Origin: an uncultured bacterium | GTDB lineage: Bacteria > DAOPZR01 | Assembly (NCBI GenBank): GCA_964637655.1 | Contig: CAZWUZ010000010.1 | Coordinates: forward strand, 1-33,158 | DNA: 33,158 bases | Direction: 5' to 3' | Shown: positions 1-8,268 of the stretch, one piece after another | Layout: each line of letters begins with the position of its first letter | Numbering within the stretch: the first letter of the stretch is position 1 | Notes under the pieces: model-generated | The model's database searches: none | What the model saw: only the letters and a program-made list of their open reading frames with translations | What the model was told of the DNA's origin: nothing | Translations under genes and position numbers: made by a program

Positions 1-2
1 AT

Positions 3-1160
3 GCCGATGACCGCGACGCCGATTTCGGCGCGCGGCTGGCCGCGCTGCATGCTTTTCGCCGCAACCGCCTGCCGCGCGGGTATGACCGCAGCGCCGTGCA
101 GCGGGTCGACCGTCTGGCGGCGCAGTGGCGCGAACTGCTGCAGGTACCGGTGGCGGTCACGACACATGAGCAGGAGATTGGCTGCCTGCTGGCGCTCGCC
201 TATCCCGACCGTATCGCGAAGCGTCGCGGCAGGGCGGATGAACGGTTTCTGCTCGCCGGCGGGCGCGGGGCACGCCTGCGCGGCGGGGACACGCTTCGCC
301 ATGCCGACTGGCTGGTGGTTGCAGATCTTGATGCGGGTACCACCGACGGCATGATCCGTCTTGCCGCGGCCTTCGACGAGTCACTGCTGTCATCACGACT
401 TGCCCAGCTGCTGCGTACCGAGGAACAGTGCACGTGGGATGCGCGCGCGGAGGCAGTGGTCGCGGCGCGCACCGTCAAATGCGGGGCTATCACGGTGAGT
501 GAAAACGCACTGCCGTCGCTGTCAGCGGAGGTGGCCGGCGCCGCCGTGCTCGCCGGCATCCGCGGGCTCGGATTGGTCTGCCTGCCGTGGGACGAAGAGA
601 CGCGCCAGTGGCAGGCGCGGGTACTGTCGCTGCGTGTGTGGCAGGGTGACACCTGGCCGGACGTCAGTGATGCCGCGCTGCTGGCGACGCTGGAGCAGTG
701 GCTGCTGCCGTTTCTTTCAGGCATTACGCGCCGTGCGCAGTTTGCCCGCATCGATCTGATGACAGCGCTGCACGGCCTGCTCGACCGCACGCAGCAGCAG
801 CAGCTCGCGCGTCTTGCCCCGACCCACCTGACCGTGCCCAGCGGGGCGCGGCATCGTCTCGCGTATCAGCCGGACGGCGCGCCGCCTGTGCTGGCGGTCA
901 AACTGCAGGAGCTGTTCGGGTGCCGCGCGACACCGCGCGTGGCGGATGGTAGCATCGGGGTGCGGCTGCACCTGCTGTCGCCCGCGCGGCGGCCGCTGCA
1001 GGTGACTGACGACCTCGCCGGGTTCTGGGCGCGTACCTATGCTGAGGTGCGCCGCGAACTGCGCGGCCGCTACCCGAAACACCCGTGGCCGGATGACCCG
1101 CTGGCGGCGCTCCCCACGGCAAAAACCAAAAAACAATTGCAGCGGAGGAAACGCACATGA
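3..1160 (+). CDS. hrpB: ATP-dependent RNA helicase HrpB, C-terminal part (5' end outside window)
   Basis: Frame of ORF 96..1160 is open back to position 3 (ADDRDADFGARL...). Motifs LALAYPDRIAKRR, LAVKLQELFG, HLLSPARRPLQVTDDLAGFW, ELRGRYPKHPWPDDP are typical of the HrpB C-terminus. Confidence 0.95.
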   Translation, partial: ADDRDADFGARLAALHAFRRNRLPRGYDRSAVQRVDRLAAQWRELLQVPVAVTTHEQEIGCLLALAYPDRIAKRRGRADERFLLAGGRGARLRGGDTLRHADWLVVADLDAGTTDGMIRLAAAFDESLLSSRLAQLLRTEEQCTWDARAEAVVAARTVKCGAITVSENALPSLSAEVAGAAVLAGIRGLGLVCLPWDEETRQWQARVLSLRVWQGDTWPDVSDAALLATLEQWLLPFLSGITRRAQFARIDLMTALHGLLDRTQQQQLARLAPTHLTVPSGARHRLAYQPDGAPPVLAVKLQELFGCRATPRVADGSIGVRLHLLSPARRPLQVTDDLAGFWARTYAEVRRELRGRYPKHPWPDDPLAALPTAKTKKQLQRRKRT

Positions 1161-1969
1161 GGGGAGCATTCGGCGAACAGGCAGCGGCATTGCTGGCAAA
1201 GGTGCGGGAGACCGCACCGCTGGTGCACAATATCACCAACTTCGTCGTGATGAATTCCTCGGCCAATATCCTGCTCGCGCTTGGCGCGGCCCCGGTGATG
1301 GCGCACAGCCGCGACGAAGTTATCGATATGGTGAAACTGGCGGGCGCGCTGGTACTGAACATCGGCACGCTCGAGGAAGAGTGGGTCGAGTCAATGCTCA
1401 TGGCGGCCCAGGCGGCAAACGCTGCCGGTATTCCCGTCATCATTGACCCGGTGGGGGCGGGGGCCACGCCGTATCGCACCGCCTGCGCACAGCGCCTGCT
1501 GCGCGAGGCGCGCATTGCCGTCATTCGCGGCAATGCGGGCGAGATGTCAGCGCTGCTGGGGAGCAGCGGCATGACCCGCGGGGTGGACGCCCTGGCGGAG
1601 ACCGGCACCGACCTCGCCGCGCGTGCCGCCACGCTGGCGCGGCAGACGGACTGTATCGTCTCGATGTCAGGTGCAGAGGACTTTGTCAGCGACGGTACGA
1701 CGACATATGTCGCGACCAACGGCGTACCGCTGATGACGAAGGTGACGGGCCTTGGCTGCGGACTCAGTTCGGTGACAGGTGCATTCGTCGCCATTGGTCC
1801 CGACCGTCTGTTTGCCGCGGCGGCGGCGGTTGCGGTCTACGGCCTGTGCGGTGAACTGGCCCTGACGCGGGCGCAGGCCCCGGCAAGTTTTGCCACCGCG
1901 TTTATCGATACCCTTTACACCATCACCTCGCAGCAGGTGACTGACGGTGTGCAGCTCCGCACGGTGTGA
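1157..1969 (+). CDS. thiM: Hydroxyethylthiazole kinase
   Basis: PLVHNITNFVV, ANILLALGAAPVMA, NIGTL, DPVGAGAT, IRGNAGE, KVTGLGC motifs. ATGA overlap with the hrpB stop; GGAGG upstream. Confidence 0.95.
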   Translation: MRGAFGEQAAALLAKVRETAPLVHNITNFVVMNSSANILLALGAAPVMAHSRDEVIDMVKLAGALVLNIGTLEEEWVESMLMAAQAANAAGIPVIIDPVGAGATPYRTACAQRLLREARIAVIRGNAGEMSALLGSSGMTRGVDALAETGTDLAARAATLARQTDCIVSMSGAEDFVSDGTTTYVATNGVPLMTKVTGLGCGLSSVTGAFVAIGPDRLFAAAAAVAVYGLCGELALTRAQAPASFATAFIDTLYTITSQQVTDGVQLRTV

Positions 1970-2012
1970 TTACGGCCACCGCGGGTATTGGCGTCGCGCG
2001 TCAACGGGCGGT

Positions 2013-2041
2013 TTGACGGGACGCGGGAGACGGAGTATCAT
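2013..2041 (+). promoter_or_regulatory. Putative sigma70 promoter for yifB/comM
   Basis: TTGACG (2013-2018), 17 bp spacer, TATCAT (2036-2041), 44 bp before ATG 2086. Confidence 0.6.
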
Positions 2042-2085
2042 GCGCGCATGGAGCTCATTCCGACAACCGGCATGAGGATTCCCTG

Positions 2086-3600
2086 ATGTTCACCCGCCTG
2101 CGCTCCGCGGCGCTGCATGGCATCGATGCGTTCGCTGTCGATGTGGAAACCGACGTCTGCAACGGCATCCCCTGTTTCAATGTGGTTGGCATGCCCGACA
2201 CCGCGGTACGCGAGAGCCGCGACCGCGTGCGTGCCGCGCTCAAGAACAGCGGCTACGAATTCCCGGCCAAGCGCATCACCGTCAACCTCGCCCCCGCCGA
2301 CCGGCGCAAGGAAGGGGCGGCGTTCGACCTGCCGATGGCGCTCGGCATCATCATCGCCTCCGGGCAACTGGGGACGGTCACTACCGACGGCTACTGGTTT
2401 GCCGGCGAACTGGCGCTTGACGGCTCGTTGCGCCCCGTCGCGGGGATTCTCCCCATCGCCATCGATGCGATGCGCGCGGGGGCGCGCGGCCTGGTTGTCC
2501 CGGCCGCCAATGCCGCCGAGGCGGCGGCGGTGCTCGAACCGGCGCAGATTATTCCTGTCACGACGCTGGCGCAGGCGGCAGCATGGCTGCGCGGTGAACT
2601 GCAGCATGGTGATCTGCGCCATCCGGAAACTGTGGTCTGGCAGCCGGAGGAGAGCGTTGATCTTGCCGAGGTGCGTGGCCAGCAGGCGGCGAAGCGCGCA
2701 CTGGAAATCGCCGCGGCCGGGGCCCACAACCTGCTGTTCATCGGCCCGCCCGGCTCGGGCAAGACGATGCTCGCGCGGCGGCTGCCGACCATTGTCCCGC
2801 TGCTGAATCGCGACGAGGCGCTGGCCGTCACGCGTGTGCACAGCGTGGCCGGGCTGGTGCGTGCGGGGCATGGACTCGTACGCGAGCGCCCCTTCCGCGC
2901 GCCGCATCACACTATCAGCGATGCCGGGCTCATCGGTGGCGGCGCGCATCCGCGTCCGGGCGAAATCTCGCTGGCGCTGCATGGCGTACTCTTCCTCGAC
3001 GAACTTCCCGAGTTTCCGCGGCATGTGCTCGAAGCGATGCGCCAGCCGCTGGAAGAAGGAATGGTAACCATCTCCCGTGCGGCGCAGACCATTACGCTCC
3101 CCGCACGCTTCCAACTGGTGGCGGCGATGAATCCCTGCCCGTGCGGCTTTACCGGCGACCCGCGCCACACCTGCACCTGCCGTCCCGACGAGGTGGACCG
3201 CTACCTTGCGCGTATCTCGGGCCCGCTGCTCGACCGCATTGACCTGCACATGGAAGTGCCGGCGATTTCCTACGCGGAACTGCAGGGAACAGCCGAGGCG
3301 GGGGACAGTTCCGCAGCGGTGCGCGAGCGCGTGCAGCAGGCACGCAACCGCCAGCATCAGCGGCACGGCAAATGGAATGCGCATCTGGCGGAGAAGGAAG
3401 TGCATGCCACGGTGCACCTCGACACCGCGTCAACCAATCTGCTGCAGCGCGCGGTGGACAAACAGGGTTTGAGTGCCCGCGCCTACATGCGCGTGCTCAA
3501 AGTGGCGCGCACGATTGCCGACCTCGCGGAAACAGACGCGGTCAACGCGGTGCATGTTGCCGAGGCGCTTTCCTATCGTTCGCTCGAACGCCTCGCCTGA
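2086..3600 (+). CDS. comM: YifB/ComM family Mg-chelatase-like AAA+ ATPase
   Basis: VRESRDRVRAAL, ITVNLAPADRRKEGAAFDLP, Walker A GPPGSGKT, RPFRAPHHT, GVLFLDELPEF, AAMNPCPCG, ISGPLLDRID, LSARAYMRVLKVARTIADL. Confidence 0.95.
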   Translation: MFTRLRSAALHGIDAFAVDVETDVCNGIPCFNVVGMPDTAVRESRDRVRAALKNSGYEFPAKRITVNLAPADRRKEGAAFDLPMALGIIIASGQLGTVTTDGYWFAGELALDGSLRPVAGILPIAIDAMRAGARGLVVPAANAAEAAAVLEPAQIIPVTTLAQAAAWLRGELQHGDLRHPETVVWQPEESVDLAEVRGQQAAKRALEIAAAGAHNLLFIGPPGSGKTMLARRLPTIVPLLNRDEALAVTRVHSVAGLVRAGHGLVRERPFRAPHHTISDAGLIGGGAHPRPGEISLALHGVLFLDELPEFPRHVLEAMRQPLEEGMVTISRAAQTITLPARFQLVAAMNPCPCGFTGDPRHTCTCRPDEVDRYLARISGPLLDRIDLHMEVPAISYAELQGTAEAGDSSAAVRERVQQARNRQHQRHGKWNAHLAEKEVHATVHLDTASTNLLQRAVDKQGLSARAYMRVLKVARTIADLAETDAVNAVHVAEALSYRSLERLA

Positions 3601-3644
3601 ACCACGCTGGGGTGTGCTATCTGATTATCGTGCTGGTGTCGGCA

Positions 3645-5591
3645 TTACTGCTGCCGTAGTGTTCCCCCCCCGACGTTCCTCGCCCAGACAAATTCGACAC
3701 GTGCTGTTCGTTGGGGAAGTGTGTAGGGATATGGTTGTCCGGTCAGTTCGCTGGTCAGGGGCGGTACGCCAGCGAACTGCCAGAGTTCATCCAGTGTGGC
3801 AGGAAAGCGGCCTTGCGCGCGGACATATTTCCACAACCGCACATGCACCTGCCCGAGGCGCCCGTATTCAATAGTCATGGCATGCTTGTCGCGGGACGAA
3901 GTGAGTTTGGGAAAGGCGATTGCGGTAAAGACCGGCGAGAGCGGACTAAGCAGGTGATCATGCCAGGCGAAAACCGGCTCAACGTGTTCATAGCTGCGAT
4001 TGAGATGAAACGGCTGACGGCTTACCGTGATGAGGGGGAGCATGGCATCTTCATACAATTGCACGGAGCGGCGGCGGTTCAGCAGCGGGTAGCCTTCGTG
4101 TACGCTGGTCCCGACCACGGTCATGAAGTAATAGAAGTAGGCGGCTTCACCTTCCAAACTGCGGGCGAGGGCCGGGCGTGCCTCCGTTTCAACTTCCGCC
4201 AGTTGCGCCAGCAGGGCATCGGCTTCGGCGGCAGTACCTCCCGCGCGGTCAAACGGGAACAGAACAGGCAGGTCTTCAACCATGATGCCGTAGCAGGCAT
4301 CGGCTACCAGCACCATAAACAGCAGATTGTCCCGGTAGAGATTGCGTATGCTGTGCACGTTGCGCGTGAAGCGGCGGAGTGCAGCTGCCCGGTTTCCTTG
4401 CCTGATCTCCTGCTGCAGAGCAAGAGACTCGAGTCTGAACAGGGCAAGGAGTCCGATAACCCGCGGGAGTGGTGTATCGTGCGGCGGAGCATCGATATAC
4501 ATGGCCAGTGAATGGGTGGCCATAAATTCAGTGATGGTATCGCGTGCGTCTTGAGTGAGGCGGAGCACACGGATTTCGGTATCACTGCCGCTGCTGTTTA
4601 CAGTATCATTGAAGTAGCCGTTGTGAATACAATTGATCAATGCGGCCGTATCGGTAAGTACCGCGGCATCATCATCGGCCTGTTCGCCGAACTGCTGGTG
4701 CCAGTCATCAAGGAGTTGGACAAATTGCCGGTGTGATTCACGCTTGCCGGCATCATGCAGCCATGCCGTGCTGATGCGCGGAACGGCATGGTCCAGTGCC
4801 GGATGATTATGCACGGCCAGAACACCGAGGTAGGCGAGCGGAATGAACAGCAGGCCGAACAGGGGTCCGAACAGGATGACGTAGGGGAGCAGGCGTACTT
4901 CCAGCCGCCGGTGGCGGGTAAGAAAATAGTACAGCGAAAAAAAAGCAAGTGGCAGGGTGATGAAATCCAGACTGCCTGCGAGCCATACGGGCATTTGATC
5001 AGTGCGAACATCGTCCAGAAACCACAGGCCGGTCACGTTCGCCAGCATGCTGCCGGAAAACTCTGTCATGCCGGTGTAAACGGCAAAACCAGAGACGGCA
5101 ATAACCACAAGAACAAGCAGTGAGGTGAGCGCGTTTTGGGCGTAGCAGGAAATGAGAAATGACAGCGTATAGGCGAACCCTGCGGTCAGGGCGAAAAACA
5201 GCAGGGGGTACCCGAAAAATTCGCCGCTGCCGGTGGCGGCGAAACAGAAGAACGTTGCGTAGATGATATAGGTGAATGACAGAAACCAGCCAAGACAGAA
5301 TTTGACAGCCCAGACCGCCACAGGAGCAATTGGCAGCTCAAGCAGTGCCTGCAACCGTCCGTTTTCCTTATCGCCGGCCACGAGCTGGCAGGCGAGCAGC
5401 ATGATGAAGAGGAGCGGAACCACCACAGCGATAAACCAGAATTTCACCAGGGTGTCGCTGTCATCACTGAAGCCGTAGAGCAGTTGCAGCATTTCAATCA
5501 GCAGGAGCATCAGGATGGGCAGTACGAGAAAAAAAGTGTAGCAGAGTGTGCGCAGCCGTGACACTTCGCGGCTGACCAGCATGCGGATCAT
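3645..5591 (-). CDS. ABC-2-type transporter permease fused to a large C-terminal soluble domain
   Basis: About 8 hydrophobic segments in the first ~260 aa with the ABC-2-like motif AGDKENGRLQALLELPI...VWAVKF; ~390 aa mostly hydrophilic C-terminus; ATGA overlap with the upstream ABC ATPase. Confidence 0.75.
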   Translation of the reverse strand: MIRMLVSREVSRLRTLCYTFFLVLPILMLLLIEMLQLLYGFSDDSDTLVKFWFIAVVVPLLFIMLLACQLVAGDKENGRLQALLELPIAPVAVWAVKFCLGWFLSFTYIIYATFFCFAATGSGEFFGYPLLFFALTAGFAYTLSFLISCYAQNALTSLLVLVVIAVSGFAVYTGMTEFSGSMLANVTGLWFLDDVRTDQMPVWLAGSLDFITLPLAFFSLYYFLTRHRRLEVRLLPYVILFGPLFGLLFIPLAYLGVLAVHNHPALDHAVPRISTAWLHDAGKRESHRQFVQLLDDWHQQFGEQADDDAAVLTDTAALINCIHNGYFNDTVNSSGSDTEIRVLRLTQDARDTITEFMATHSLAMYIDAPPHDTPLPRVIGLLALFRLESLALQQEIRQGNRAAALRRFTRNVHSIRNLYRDNLLFMVLVADACYGIMVEDLPVLFPFDRAGGTAAEADALLAQLAEVETEARPALARSLEGEAAYFYYFMTVVGTSVHEGYPLLNRRRSVQLYEDAMLPLITVSRQPFHLNRSYEHVEPVFAWHDHLLSPLSPVFTAIAFPKLTSSRDKHAMTIEYGRLGQVHVRLWKYVRAQGRFPATLDELWQFAGVPPLTSELTGQPYPYTLPQRTARVEFVWARNVGGGTLRQQ

Positions 5592-6463
5592 CGCGCTGCC
5601 TCACGGCGGAAAATGGTGTCGAGGTCGAGCGGCATGATTTCCGTGTCGGCTCCCTGCGCCTGCAGGGCCGCGATGACCGGACCGGCATTGTCCCGGTAGT
5701 ACAGGGTGATGGCCCGCCCGTCCCGGGCAACGACCTGTGCGCCGGCGGTATCGAGCCGGTCGGGAATGCCGGCGGGAAACACGGCCGTGATGTCACCACG
5801 TGTTGCCTTGATAGCGTCAATGCTGCCATCGAGTATGATCCGTGCCTGATGGAGGAACAGGATACGATCGGCAAAGCGTTCAAGGTCAGCCAGTTGGTGG
5901 CTGGAGACCAGCACCGTGGCCCCGCACTCGGCGCAGTAATCGCCCAGCAGACGGAGAATATCGTCGCGCACGAGCGGGTCGAGCCCGGAAAACGGTTCGT
6001 CCAGCAGCAGCAATCGCGGGCGGTGGGCGAGCGCGAGGATGAGCATCAGGCGCGCTTGCATCCCGCGCGACCACGTCTTTATCCGGGTATCCGCGGGGAG
6101 CGCAAAGCGCTCCTGCAGTTCCCGGGCGAAGGCCGCATCCCAGGTCGGATACAAGGGCGCAACACGCCGGCAGAGCCGGTCAAAGACCAGATGGTCGTCA
6201 AAGCGGTACTGGTCAGGCATGTACCCGACGCGGCGCCGGACGGCAACTCCCTGTCGGGGCAGGGAAAGACCGAACACCCGCGCGCTGCCGCCATTGGCTT
6301 CGAGCAGGCCGAGCAGGAGGCGGAGCAGGGTGGTTTTGCCCGCGCCGTTCTCACCGATGAGCCCGGTGATCGAGCCGGCCGGCAGTGCGAAGGAAACATT
6401 GTTCAAGACAATGTGGCGGCGGAAACGCTTGCGCAGCCGGTCAGCCGAGAGCGGGTTGTCCAT
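5588..6463 (-). CDS. ABC transporter ATP-binding protein (YtrB-like)
   Basis: Walker A GENGAGKTT, signature WSRGMQAR, Walker B LLLLDEP, H-loop VSSH; directly downstream of a YtrA-type GntR. Confidence 0.93.
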   Translation of the reverse strand: MDNPLSADRLRKRFRRHIVLNNVSFALPAGSITGLIGENGAGKTTLLRLLLGLLEANGGSARVFGLSLPRQGVAVRRRVGYMPDQYRFDDHLVFDRLCRRVAPLYPTWDAAFARELQERFALPADTRIKTWSRGMQARLMLILALAHRPRLLLLDEPFSGLDPLVRDDILRLLGDYCAECGATVLVSSHQLADLERFADRILFLHQARIILDGSIDAIKATRGDITAVFPAGIPDRLDTAGAQVVARDGRAITLYYRDNAGPVIAALQAQGADTEIMPLDLDTIFRREAAR

Positions 6464-6842
6464 CGTTCTTCCGGCCGCTTTCAGTCAGGGCGCGACGTAC
6501 CGTTGCCTGAATCGCCGTCGCGCTGATGCCCTGCGCCTGGAGTCGGATGATGAGCGCGGCGAGCCGGTCGAGGTCGGCCCGCCCGAGTTCGCGGTTGCAG
6601 AGCGCGGGCGCATTGGGCGTGAGAAAGATGCCCTTGCCGCGGCGGGTGATGATGATGCCCGCCTGTTCAAGCAGCTGGTAGGCGCGCATGACGGTATTGG
6701 GGTTGATGCCGTGTTCGCCGGCGAGGGCGCGCACCGAGGGGAGGGCATCGCCGGGACGGTAGCGTCCATTGGCCACCCCCTGCTTGAGGCTGGCGGCGAG
6801 CTGGGCATAGAGCGGCGTGGGGCTTTTCAGGTCCAGTTGCAT
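6441..6842 (-). CDS. GntR family transcriptional regulator, YtrA subfamily
   Basis: 133 aa; PLYAQL, PGDALPSVRALA, INPNTVMRAYQLLE, RRGKGIF; short helical C-terminus; AGGAGG SD at 6849-6854. Confidence 0.93.
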   Translation of the reverse strand: MQLDLKSPTPLYAQLAASLKQGVANGRYRPGDALPSVRALAGEHGINPNTVMRAYQLLEQAGIIITRRGKGIFLTPNAPALCNRELGRADLDRLAALIIRLQAQGISATAIQATVRRALTESGRKNDGQPALG

Positions 6843-6860
6843 CGTCTGCCTCCTGTTTCA

Positions 6861-6899
6861 CTGTATTACAACTATAACACAGATGGCGGTGTTTGTCAA
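6861..6899 (-). promoter_or_regulatory. sigma70 promoter of the gntR-ABC operon overlapped by a YtrA-type operator palindrome
   Basis: Minus strand TTGACA (6899-6894), 17 bp, TGn-TATAGT (6876-6871). Inverted repeat CTGTGTTA-N6-TAATACAG (6861-6882, 1 mismatch) covers the -10 and start site. Confidence 0.8.
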
Positions 6900-6991
6900 G
6901 GGGTTTACCGAGGTGGGGCAACGTATCTTCACATAATGTAACCAGCAGGTGCATCAGATGTGGTAAACTTATAGGAGAGGGGGTGACGGTC

Positions 6992-7306
6992 ATGCAGGAG
7001 ATCGAACGTGATGAACTGAGGCGTTTTGCGGTGCGGCTGCAGGTGGCACGGCGGCTGGTGGGGGCATTCCTGCTGTTCGGGATGGGCTTCTACCTGCTGT
7101 CGGCGATACCGGTGCTGTGGCTGCGCGAGTGGTGGCTGTCGGTGGTTACCGGCTGGTACGGGATGACGGAGTCGCGCTGGGAACTGATAGGGCTGCTCTA
7201 CCTGACGGGACTCAAGGCGTTCTATGCCGGTGTTCTGCTGCCGCTCTGGCTGGGGATTCTGCTGGCGGGTCGCCGGGTGCAGGCGCTGCTCGCGATGGCA
7301 GCATAG
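6992..7306 (+). CDS. Small membrane protein (resembles DUF6868-type proteins)
   Basis: ATG 6992 with GGAGAGGGGG upstream is a more plausible start than 6893; 104 aa, 2-3 hydrophobic segments. The WW..VVTGWYGMTESRWE..GLLYLTGLK pattern recalls DUF6868 (from memory, unverified). Confidence 0.6.
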   Translation: MQEIERDELRRFAVRLQVARRLVGAFLLFGMGFYLLSAIPVLWLREWWLSVVTGWYGMTESRWELIGLLYLTGLKAFYAGVLLPLWLGILLAGRRVQALLAMAA

Positions 7307-7310
7307 GGGG

Positions 7311-8261
7311 ATGGCGATGACCGGAAAGGTGGCACTCTGCGTGTTGCTGCTGTTCCTGCTGCCGGCAACACTGACTGCGGCGAACAAAACGGCGGGCAAC
7401 GCGCTGCAGGTGCCGACGGGATATGCGGCCGTTGGCGAGGCGTGTGATGCGGCCACCGGTCTGCCGCTGCGTATTCGCCATGCGACAACGGGGTACGAAC
7501 TCGTCTATGTACCGGCGGGCAGTTTCCTGATGGGTGCACCCGAAGATGACGACGATGCCGATCCGTGTGAACAGCCGCAGACGCGGGTGTATGTGCCGGG
7601 GTTCTGGATCGGGCGCACGGAAGTGACCAACGCGCAGTATCGCCAGCTCTTTGCCAAGCACCGTTCCGGTGACTATCGCGGCCATACGCTTGATGGTGAC
7701 GAGCAACCCGTGGTCAACGTGACGTGGCAGGAAGCGGAAGCATTCTGCCGGCGGAGCGGCATGCGCCTGCCCACCGAGGCGGAATGGGAGAAGGCGGCGC
7801 GGGGCACGGACGGACGCCGGTATGCCGCCGGGTCGGTGTACCGGCACGGGCGGCCGGTGGCCAATGTGCCGGACAGCGCTGCGGTCGCAGTATTCGGCGC
7901 GGACGGACCTTTCTGGCCGTTTGACGACGGGTTCGCGGTTTCAGCACCGGTCGGCTCATTTCCCGACGGGGCCAGTCCGTACGGGGCGCTCGACATGACC
8001 GGCAACGTCTCCGAATGGACGAGCAACGGCTGGGACGAGCGGATGTGGCAGTTCATCACGGCGGTCATGGACATCGATCCCGCGGCGGGGCAGCGGCATC
8101 GCATCTACCGCGACGGATCCTACCTGTGCGATCCGCACACGCTGCTGGTCACCGCACGCGGCAGCTATCCGCTCGATTATCGCGAATATGATATCGGGTT
8201 CCGCGCTGCGCTCTCGCCGGTGGCTGGCACTGCCGCACCGGCTGCCGGCGGCAAGGAATAA
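7311..8261 (+). CDS. Secreted formylglycine-generating-enzyme (FGE/SUMF1-fold) domain protein
   Basis: Signal peptide MAMTGKVALCVLLLFLLPATLTAA; VPAGSFLMG, TEVTNAQY, PVVNVTW, RLPTEAEWEKAARG, PVGSFP, DMTGNVSEW, IGFR. Start at 7311 or 7317, just after the previous stop. Confidence 0.88.
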   Translation: MAMTGKVALCVLLLFLLPATLTAANKTAGNALQVPTGYAAVGEACDAATGLPLRIRHATTGYELVYVPAGSFLMGAPEDDDDADPCEQPQTRVYVPGFWIGRTEVTNAQYRQLFAKHRSGDYRGHTLDGDEQPVVNVTWQEAEAFCRRSGMRLPTEAEWEKAARGTDGRRYAAGSVYRHGRPVANVPDSAAVAVFGADGPFWPFDDGFAVSAPVGSFPDGASPYGALDMTGNVSEWTSNGWDERMWQFITAVMDIDPAAGQRHRIYRDGSYLCDPHTLLVTARGSYPLDYREYDIGFRAALSPVAGTAAPAAGGKE

Positions 8262-8268
8262 GCTGGAA

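Noticed and set aside
1991..2024. Imperfect hairpin after thiM as an intrinsic terminator
   Set aside because: Bulged stem with no U-tract; the right arm is better explained as the comM -35 box.
7311..8261. FGE-type CLec domain as a diversity-generating retroelement target
   Set aside because: No reverse transcriptase and no template/variable repeat pair seen in the window.
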